Below the pieces are notes generated by a model. That model saw only the letters and a list, made by a program, of their open reading frames with translations, was not told the origin of the DNA and ran no database searches. Shown here in pieces: positions 53,013-62,300 of a DNA stretch of 64,000 nucleotides (the stretch's first letter is position 1; each line of letters starts with the position of its first letter). The stretch is from an uncultured Gemmatimonadales bacterium (GTDB lineage: Bacteria; Gemmatimonadota; Gemmatimonadetes; Longimicrobiales; Longimicrobiaceae): the NCBI GenBank assembly GCA_963716255.1, contig OY970303.1, forward strand, positions 4,000,001-4,064,000, written 5' to 3'. The position numbers and the translations under genes are program-made.

Positions 53013-54215
53013 ATGCCGCTGCGCCCATACCGCTCCGTCCTCGCCGTGCTCGCCCTGGCGGGCTGCGCGCCGTCGATCGCGCTCCCTCCGGCGCCGCCCG
53101 CGGAGTCCGTGGCGGGGTGGGACCGCGTGGAGACGGTCGCCCAGGGGGTGCGGCACCTGTCGAGGGCGGGCGGCGCGGGGCCGTGGGCGGTCCACGTGCT
53201 TCAAGTGGACCCGCTCGCGTGCGGAGTGGAGCTGGGAACCGTCAAGGCCGCCGACCGGCTGCAGGGGCGGGAGACCACGACGGAACTGGCCCGGCGCGCC
53301 GAGCGCGGCCGGCAGCGGCCCGTGCTCGCCGCGCTGAACGCGGACTTCTTCAGCTTCACCCCGCCCGGCGTGCCCACCGGGGCGCAGGTGGTGGGCGGCG
53401 AGGTCGTGCGCGTACCCGGAGAGCGCGCCGTCCTGGGCGTCACCGGCGAGGGCGACCCCTTCATCGCCGGACGGGTGCGGCTCGGGGGGAAGCTGTGGCT
53501 GTCGCAGGGGCTCTCCGCCACCCTGGGGCGGGTCAACGCCCCTCCCGCCGGCGACACCCTAGCCGTGTACAACCGCTTCTTCGGCGTGGCCACGCCCACG
53601 GACACCGGCGTGGTGGAGCTGCTCGTGCGGCGCCTGCGCTTTCCGGTCGCGGTGGGCGACACGGTGCGGGGCGTGCTGGTGGGGTCCGACACCGCCGCGG
53701 CGGGCGTCGCCATCCCCGAAGACGGAGTGGTGTTCGCGGCGCGGGGGCGCGCGGCGGACTTCCTGCGCCTCCTCACGCCCCCGGGCGACACCGTGCGCTG
53801 GACGCTGCGCTTCGAGCCCGCCCCCGGGCCCGTGCGGGAGATGGTCGGCGGACACCCCGTGCTCCTGAGGCGCGGGGCGGAGGTCCCGGACGCGGAGTCC
53901 GGCGTCGCCGCGGCGTTCTCGGCCACGCGGCACCCGCGCTCCGCGGTGGGGTGGCGGGCGGATGGGACGCTGCTGCTGGTGGCCGTGGACGGGCGGCAGC
54001 CCGGGCACAGCGTGGGGATGTCGCTGGCCGAGATGCGGGCGCTCTTCCGCGAGCTGGGGGCCGTCGAGGCGCTCAACCTGGACGGGGGCGGCTCCACCGC
54101 GCTGGTGGTGCGCGGAAGGGTCGTCAACCGCCCCTCCGACGCCGAAGGCGAGCGCCCCGTCGCCAACGCCCTGGTCCTGCTCGGACCCCTGCCCGGCACC
54201 TGCCGGGGCCCCTGA
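53013..54215 (+). CDS. Phosphodiester glycosidase (NAGPA-like) lipoprotein
   Basis: LAGC lipobox; ALNADFF, HPRSAVG, VDGRQ, ALNLDGGGST, NRPSD..ERPV. Confidence 0.88.
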   Translation: MPLRPYRSVLAVLALAGCAPSIALPPAPPAESVAGWDRVETVAQGVRHLSRAGGAGPWAVHVLQVDPLACGVELGTVKAADRLQGRETTTELARRAERGRQRPVLAALNADFFSFTPPGVPTGAQVVGGEVVRVPGERAVLGVTGEGDPFIAGRVRLGGKLWLSQGLSATLGRVNAPPAGDTLAVYNRFFGVATPTDTGVVELLVRRLRFPVAVGDTVRGVLVGSDTAAAGVAIPEDGVVFAARGRAADFLRLLTPPGDTVRWTLRFEPAPGPVREMVGGHPVLLRRGAEVPDAESGVAAAFSATRHPRSAVGWRADGTLLLVAVDGRQPGHSVGMSLAEMRALFRELGAVEALNLDGGGSTALVVRGRVVNRPSDAEGERPVANALVLLGPLPGTCRGP

Positions 54216-54558
54216 TCCGGACGGCGGCGGGCCCGCGGGAGTTCCCGTTCGGGAACGCAGGCGGCCCGTGCGGGCTCGGCGGAGGTGCGAACGGCGTGTC
54301 CGCAAGCCGGAGCGGGCCTTTCGGGCTGCGGCTCAAGTCGTTGTCCAGGGGGTGTCTGCGCATCCTACAAGTGTTTCACGACATACGGCGTTGACACGGG
54401 GGGCCCCGGAGCGCAATTTATCACCTCTTGAGAACCCGCCCGGCGTCCTCCGGGACGCGCTGCTCTTCCAACGCCACGTAGAGACATCCATCCCGGCCCG
54501 CCGCACACGGGCTCGGGCATCCTTCCCTGTGGGTCTGAACCGTTTCGCAAAAGACACC

Positions 54559-55650
54559 GTGAGCCAGTTCGCTTTCACTTCCGGCCGTGCGCGGCCCCGG
54601 GCGGCATCCCTGCTGGCGGCCGGCCTCGCCGCGCTTGCGCTCGTGTTCGCAGCGGCGTGCGACGACGACGGCACCGGCTCCAAGCGCACCGTCGCGCGGG
54701 TGGCCGTGACTGCCTCCGCCGCCACGCTGGAGGCGGGCAAGACGCTCCAGCTGGTCGCCGTGGCGTACGACCGCAGCAACCGTGCGCTCACCGGGAAGAC
54801 CTTCTCGTGGGCCAGCAGCAGTGACGCCTTCGCCACCGTCGCGCAGGACGGCATGGTGACGGGGCGCGCCGCGGGGCCGGTGACCATCAGCGCCGCAACG
54901 GACGGGGTGACCGGCACGTTCGCCCTCACCATCTCCGCCGTGCCGGTGGTGCAGCCGCCCGTGGCCGCCCGTGTGGTGGTCGCGCCCACGTTCTCCACGG
55001 TGGACGCGGGCGGCACCTCCACGCTGCGCGCCGCGGCGCTCGCCGCCAACGGCGACACCGTCCGCGGGACCGTGTTCAACTGGAGCGCCATCCCCCAGGC
55101 GGCCGCCACGGTGAACGCCGCCGGCGTCGTCTCGGGCGTGGCCGTGGGGCAGGCCCTGGTGGTGGCTCAGGCCGGCAACCTCGCCGACTCCGCGGTCGTC
55201 GCGGTGCTGGGCCCCCGCACCCTGCTTTCCACCTCCTTCCCCGGCGGCTCCATCCGCTCCTCGGTGGCCGCGGGGCAGACCTTCACGGTCCCGGTGGTGC
55301 TCGACCTGAGCAAGGTGGGGAGCAACGGCGACCTGGGCTCGGCCCAGTTCGACCTGGTCTTCGACCCCGCCGTGCTCCAGTACGTGTCCGCGGCGAGCAC
55401 GCTGCAGGGCGCGGCCGAGACCAACCTGGTGAGCGCGGGGCGCGTGCGCTTCGCCTACGCGGGGACCTCGGTGCAGGGGAGCCCGCGGCCCACGCTGACG
55501 ACGCTGACCTTCCGGGTCGCGGCGGGCGCCGCGGCCGGAACGCAGACCCTGCTGAACCTGGTGTACACCGTGGCGCCGACGAGCACCAGCTTCGCGGCCT
55601 ACGAGATCCCGCTGGCGGTGGGCGGCATCGTCCGCGTCGCCGCTCCCTGA
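54559..55650 (+). CDS. Lipoprotein with two Big_2-like Ig domains and a C-terminal cohesin-like domain
   Basis: AAAC lipobox; FSWASS..ATV..DGMVTG; C-terminus AGQTFTVPVVLD..LGSAQFDLVFDPAVLQYVS..RVRFA..TLTFRV; GTG start inferred. Confidence 0.8.
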   Translation: MSQFAFTSGRARPRAASLLAAGLAALALVFAAACDDDGTGSKRTVARVAVTASAATLEAGKTLQLVAVAYDRSNRALTGKTFSWASSSDAFATVAQDGMVTGRAAGPVTISAATDGVTGTFALTISAVPVVQPPVAARVVVAPTFSTVDAGGTSTLRAAALAANGDTVRGTVFNWSAIPQAAATVNAAGVVSGVAVGQALVVAQAGNLADSAVVAVLGPRTLLSTSFPGGSIRSSVAAGQTFTVPVVLDLSKVGSNGDLGSAQFDLVFDPAVLQYVSAASTLQGAAETNLVSAGRVRFAYAGTSVQGSPRPTLTTLTFRVAAGAAAGTQTLLNLVYTVAPTSTSFAAYEIPLAVGGIVRVAAP

Positions 55651-55720
55651 TCGGACGGACCGGACCGCCCGGCGCACGCCGCGCCTGGCGGAGCAGGACA
55701 CTACGCAAGGAGAAGGACCG

Positions 55721-56242
55721 ATGAGCAGGAAGAAGCGCTTCGCAGCGCCGTTCGCCCTCGCGCTCGCGCTGGGCCTCCTGGGCGGCTGCGAGAACGCGGT
55801 GCAGCCGCAGGAGCCGAGCGTGCTGGAGGGGCTCGCCCCGGGGATCCACCCCATCGTGGTGCTGACCTCGCAGGCGGGGAGCGCCGCCACCGTGGAGCTG
55901 CACCTGAAGCGGGTGGGCGTGGACGCAAAGATCGCCAGCTTCCAGGGCGAGCTCGGATTCGACCGGGAGCGCCTGACGCTCGCCGGCGCCGAGCTGAAGC
56001 CCGGGGTGATGGGCGCGTGGAACGAGAGCGCTCCGGGCACCGTCCGCTTCGCGGGCGCGGTGGCCGAGGGGATGGCCGACGGCGCGGTCCTCACGCTCCG
56101 CTTCACGGCAAAGGGCGCGGTCGACGGCCAGGCGTTCCGGGTCAAGGTGGAGGAGCTGGTCTCCTCGGCCGATTTCCAGGACCTTTCCACGCGCCTGGTC
56201 GTCCGCGAGCAGCCCCTCTTCTCTCCGTCTCCCCTCAAGTAG
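55721..56242 (+). CDS. Cohesin-like domain lipoprotein
   Basis: LGGC lipobox; IASFQGELGFDRERLTL..GTVRFAG..GAVLTLRFTAKG; AAGGAG RBS. Confidence 0.75.
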   Translation: MSRKKRFAAPFALALALGLLGGCENAVQPQEPSVLEGLAPGIHPIVVLTSQAGSAATVELHLKRVGVDAKIASFQGELGFDRERLTLAGAELKPGVMGAWNESAPGTVRFAGAVAEGMADGAVLTLRFTAKGAVDGQAFRVKVEELVSSADFQDLSTRLVVREQPLFSPSPLK

Positions 56243-56336
56243 CCGCACCACACGAGGTGAGGACCGGACGGGTCCGCGGGTCATCCGCGGGCCCGATCAT
56301 TCACGTTTGTCCGTTTTGATTCCTTTCCGGGAGACC

Positions 56337-59300
56337 ATGATGCGGTTCCTTCCCAGGCTCGCCCTGTTCTGCGGCGCGCTGCTCTTCCTGTTCGGCGCCT
56401 CCGCGCGCCCGGCCGCCGCCCAGTCGGGCGCGATCGGGATCCGCGGCGACGTCACGGCCGACGGCAACCTCACCGCGTCCGACGCGCTGGCGGTACTCTC
56501 GCACGTGGTGGGCAAGCCCCTCCCCGCCGGGTACTCCGCCGAGCTCGACGGCGACGCGGACGGCAACGGCCAGGTGACGGCGCTGGACGCGCTCGTCATC
56601 CTGGGCCGCGTCGTCGGCAAGGACGTGGCGCGCTACCCAGTGGGCAGGCGGCTCCTGTCCGGGGTGGTGGGAACCGCGGGGGGATCCGTCGTCTCCCGGC
56701 TCGACTCCATCCGGATCGAGTTCCCGGAGGGGGCGCTCGCCGAGGCCGTGAACATCACGGTGGAGCCCGCCACCGGCCTCCCGGCGACGCCGGGGCTGGT
56801 CGCCAGCTCCGCGCTGTCGATGGGGCCGGACGGGCAGCGCTTCGCCAAGCCGGTGCGGCTGACGCTGCGCTACAGCCCGGCGGCGGTGCCGCAGGGCGTG
56901 GACCCCGCGGCGCTGCGCATCCACCGGCGCGTGGGCGACGGCTGGGAAGAGGTCCCGGGAGGGACGGTGGACGTGGCTTCGGCGACGGTGAGCGCGGTGC
57001 TGAGCGGCTTCAGCACCTACGCCATCCTGCCGCGCGCGGAAACGGGGCTGTCGCTGGTCAAGGTGGCGGGCGACGGGCAGACGGGCACCGTGGGGCTTCC
57101 GCCCGCGGACTTCCTGGTGGTGCGGCTGGTGAACCCGGCCGGGCGCGGGATCGCCAACCGGGTGCTGACCTGGACGGTGATCGAGGGCGGCGGCACCATC
57201 CGCCCGCTGGAAGAGCGGACCGACAGCGCCGGGCGGGTGCGCGCGGTGTTCACCCTGGGGCCGGACGCCGGCCTCAACCGGGTGCGCGTCGCCACGGCCG
57301 GCGCCGACCCGGTGGTCTTCACCGCCACGGGCGTCTCGGCGGCGCCGAGCTCCATCGTGGTGTACGCCGGCGCGGACCAGACGGCGACCGCCGGCGGCCC
57401 GGTGGCGACCCCGCCCTCGGTGCGGGTGACGGACGCCCGCGGCAACCCGGTGGTGGACGCGACGGTGACCTTCGCGGTCGCGACCGGCGGCGGCAGCATC
57501 ACCGGCGCCACCCCGAAGACCGACGGCAACGGCATCGCGACGGTGGGAAGCTGGACGCTGGGGACCACGGCCGGGCCCAACTCGCTGACCGCGTCGGTCG
57601 CGGGCGGGCTCAGCGTGACCATCAACGCCACGGGCATTCCGGGCGCGCCGGCCTCCATCTCCAAGCAGTCGGGCGACGGCGGCACCGCCGTGGTGGGGAC
57701 CACGCGCGCCCTCGAGGCGAAGGTGGTGGACGCCAACGGCAACGGCGTCGCCGGCGTGACGGTCTCCTGGACCGTGGCGTCGGGCGGCGGCTCGCTGTCG
57801 GCGCCCAGCTCCCTGACGGACGGCTCGGGCGTGGCCTCGGTGATCTGGACCTTCGGCGGGACGGCGGGCGCGCAGAGCGTCACGGCGGCCGCCACCGGGC
57901 TCGCCGGCTCGCCGCTCACCTTCTCGGCGACCACCACCCCGGCCGCGGCGTCGCGCCTGGCGATCACCACGCAGCCCTCGGCGGCGGCGCAGAGCGGCAT
58001 CGCCTTCCCGCAGCAGCCCGTCCTCCAGCTCCAGGACGCGTTCGGCAACGCGGTCGCGCAGAGCGGCGTTGCGGTGACGGCGGCGATCGCCTCCGGCACC
58101 GGCACGCTCGGCGGCACCGCCACGGTGAGCACCAACGCCGCCGGCGTGGCGACCTTCGCGGACCTCGCCATCAGCGGCCCGGTGGGCGCGTACACCCTGG
58201 GCTTCTCGGCCACGGGGCTGACGGGCGCCACCTCGGGCACCATCAACCTGGCGGCGGGCGCGGCTTCGCAGCTGGCCGTCACCACGCAGCCCTCGGCCAC
58301 GGCGCAGAGCGGGGTGGCCTTCCCGCAGCAGCCTGTGGTGCAGCTGCGCGACGCCGCCGGCAACCCGGTCTCGCAGGCGGGCGTCACCGTAACGGCGGCC
58401 ATCGCCACGGGCGGCGGCACGCTGGGCGGCACCACCACGGCGACGACCAACGCCAGCGGCGTGGCGACGTTCACCAACCTGTCCATCACGGGCACGGTCG
58501 GCGACCGCACGCTCGCCTTCTCGGCCACGGGGCTGACGGGCGCCACCTCGGGCACCATCACCCTGACGGCGGGTGCGGCCTCGCAGCTGGCCGTCACCAC
58601 GCAGCCCTCGGCCACGGCGCAGAGCGGGGTGGCCTTCCCGCAGCAGCCTGTTGTGCAGCTGCGCGACGCCAGCGGCAACCCGGTGGCGCAGGCGGGCGTC
58701 ACCGTGACGGCGGCCATCGCCACGGGCGGCGGCACGCTGGGCGGCACCACCACGGCGACGACGGATGCCGGCGGCGCGGCGACCTTCACCGGCCTGTCGA
58801 TCACCGGCACGATCGGTGACCGCACGCTGTCCTTCTCGGCGACCGGGCTGACCGGCGCCACCTCGAACACGATCAGCGTGACGGCGGGCGCGGCGACGCA
58901 GCTCACCATCACCACGCAGCCTTCCTCCACAGCGCAGAGCGGGGCGGTCTTCGGCACGCAGCCGGCCGTGCAGCTGCGCGACGCGAGCGGCAACCCGGTC
59001 GCGCAGGCGGGGGTGACGGTCACGGCGGCCATCGCTTCGGGCGCGGGCACGCTGGGCGGCACGACGACGGCGACGACCAACGCCAGCGGTGTGGCGACGT
59101 TCACCGACCTGGCCATCACCGGCGTGGTCGGCGACCGGACGCTGTCCTTCTCGGCGACCGGGCTGACCGGCGCCACCTCGAACACGATCAGCGTGACGGC
59201 GGGCGCGGCGACGCAGCTTGCCATCACCACCCAGCCTTCCGACAGCGTGCAGAGCGGGACCGCGTTCCCGCGGCAGCCGGTGGTGCAGCTGCGCGACGCC

Positions 59301-62300
59301 AGCGGCAACCCGGTGGCTCAGGCGGGGGTGACGGTCACGGCGGCCATCGCTTCGGGCGCGGGCACGCTGGGCGGCACGACGGCGGCGACGACCAACGCCA
59401 GCGGCGTGGCGACCTTCACCAACCTGGTCATCACCGGCTCGGTCGGTGACCGCACGCTGTCCTTCTCGGCCACGGGGCTGACGGGCGCCACCTCCGGCAC
59501 GGTCAACGTCCGGGCGGGTGCGGCTTCGCAGCTCGCGATCACCACGCAGCCGTCGCCCACCGCGCAGAGCGGCGTGGCCTTCGGCACGCAGCCGGCGGTG
59601 CAGGTCCAGGACGCCAGCGGCAACCCGATCGCCCAGGCGGGGGTGACGGTCACGGCGGCCATCGCCACGGGCGGCGGTACGCTGGGCGGCACCACGACGG
59701 CGACCACCAACGCGAGCGGCGTGGCGACGTTCACCAACCTGTCCATCTCGGGCACGGTCGGCGACCGGACGCTGTCCTTCTCGGCGTCGGGCCTGACGGG
59801 CGCCACCTCCAACACGATCAGCGTGACGGCGGGCGCGGCGACGCAGCTCGCAATCACCACCCAGCCGTCCTCCACCGCGGAGAGCGGCGTGGCCTTCGCC
59901 ACGCAGCCGGCGGTCCAGCTCCAGGATGCCAGCGGCAACCCGGTGGCTCAGGCGGGGGTGACGGTCACGGCGGCCATCGCCTCGGGCGCGGGCACGCTGG
60001 GCGGGACCACCACGGCGACGACCAACGCCAGCGGCGTGGCGACCTTCACCAACCTCCAGATCACCGGCGTGCTCGGGGACCGGACGCTCTCGTTCTCGGC
60101 GTCAGGCCTGACGGGTGCGACCTCGAACACGGTCAGCGTGACGGCGGGCGCGGCGACGCAGCTCACCATCACCACGCAGCCTTCCGACAGCGTGCAGAGC
60201 GGGACGACGTTCCCGCGTCAGCCGGTGGTGCAGCTGCGCGACGCCAGCGGCAACCCGGTGGCGCAGGCGGGAGTGACGGTCACGGCTGCCATCGCCTCGG
60301 GCGCGGGCACGCTGGGTGGCACGACGACGGCGACGACCAACGGCAGCGGCGTGGCGACCTTCACCAACCTGGTCATCACGGGCGCGGTCGGCGACCGGAC
60401 GATTTCCTTCTCGGCGTCCGGCCTGACTGGCGCGACTTCGAACACGGTCAGCGTGACGGCGGGCGCGGCTTCGCAGCTCACCATCACCACGCAGCCTTCC
60501 GACAGCGTGCAGAGCGGGACGACGTTCCCGCGGCAGCCGGTGGTGCAGCTGCGCGACGCCAGCGGCAACCCGGTTGCGCAGGCGGGTGTGACGGTCACGG
60601 CGGCCATCGCTTCGGGCGCGGGCACGCTGGGCGGCACGACGACGGCGACGACCAACGCCAGCGGCGTGGCGACCTTCACCAACCTGGTGATCACGGGCGC
60701 GGTCGGCGACCGGACGCTCTCGTTCTCGGCATCGGGCCTGACGGGCGCGACGTCGAACACGGTCAGCGTGACGGCCGGCGCGGCGACGCAGCTCGCGGTC
60801 ACCACGCAGCCGTCCTCCACCGCGCAGAGCGGCGTGGCCTTCGCCACGCAGCCGGCGGTGCAGATCCAGGACGCCAGCGGCAACCCGGTGGCTCAGGCGG
60901 GGGTGACGGTCACGGCGGCCATCGCTTCGGGCGCGGGCACGCTGGGCGGCACGACGACGGCGACGACCAACGCCAGCGGCGTGGCGACGTTCACCGACCT
61001 GGCCATCACGGGCGTGGTCGGCGACCGGACGCTGTCCTTCTCGGCGACCGGGCTGACCAGCGCCACCTCGAACACGATCAGCGTGACGGCGGGTGCGGCG
61101 ACGCAGCTCGCCATCACCACGCAGCCCTCCGACAGCGTGCAGAGCGGGACGACGTTCCCGCGGCAGCCGGTGGTGCAGCTGCGCGACGCCAGCGGCAACC
61201 CGGTGGCTCAGGCGGGTGTGACGGTCACGGTGGCCATCGCTTCGGGCGCGGGCACGCTGGGCGGCACGACGACGGCGACGACCAACGCCAGCGGCGTGGC
61301 GACCTTCACCGACCTGGTCATCACCGGCGTGGTCGGAGACCGCACGCTCTCCTTCTCGGCGACCGGGCTTACCGGCGCGACTTCGAACACGGTCAGCGTG
61401 ACGGCGGGCGGCGCGTCGCAGCTGGTCATCACCACGCAGCCCTCCGACAGCGTACAGAGCGGGACGACGTTCCCGCGGCAGCCGGTTGTCCAGCTGCGCG
61501 ACGCCAGCGGCAACCCGGTGGCGCAGGCGGGGGTGACGGTCACGGCGGCCATCGCCACGGGCGGCGGCACGCTGGGCGGCACCACGACGGCGACCACCAA
61601 CGCGAGCGGCGTGGCGACGTTCACCAACCTGTCCATCTCGGGCACGGTCGGCGACCGGACGCTGTCCTTCTCGGCGACCGGGCTGACCGGCGCGACTTCG
61701 AGCACGATCAGCGTGACGGCGGGCGCGGCTTCGCAGCTCACCATCACCACGCAGCCCTCCGACAGCGTGCAGAGCGGGACGACGTTCCCGCGGCAGCCGG
61801 CGGTGCAGCTGCGTGACGCCAGCGGCAACCCGGTTGCGCAGGCGGGGGTGACGGTCACGGCGGCCATCGCCACGGGCGGCGGCACGCTGGGCGGGACCAC
61901 CACGGCGACGACCAACGCGAGCGGCGTGGCGACCTTCACCAACCTGTCCATCACGGGCGCGGTGGGTGACCGCACGCTCTCCTTCTCGGCGGCCGGCCTG
62001 ACCGGCGCGACGTCGAGCACGGTCAGCGTGACGGCGGGCGCGGCGGCGCAGCTGGCCGTCACCACGCAGCCCTCCGCGACGGTGCAGAGCGGGGTGGCCT
62101 TCCCGCAGCAGCCGGTCGTGCAGCTGCGCGACGCGGCGGGCAACCCGGTGGCGCAGGCGGGGGTGACGGTCACGGCGGCCATCGCTTCCGGCGGCGGCAC
62201 GCTGGGCGGCACCACCACGGCCACCACCGACGCGACCGGCGCGGCGACCTTCACCGACCTGTCCATCACCGGCACGGTCGGCGACCGGACGCTGTCCTTC

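Noticed and set aside
54391..54424. Sigma70 promoter for the cohesin operon (perfect TTGACA)
   Set aside because: No convincing -10 at 16-18 bp spacing (CAATTT); too weak to list as a feature.
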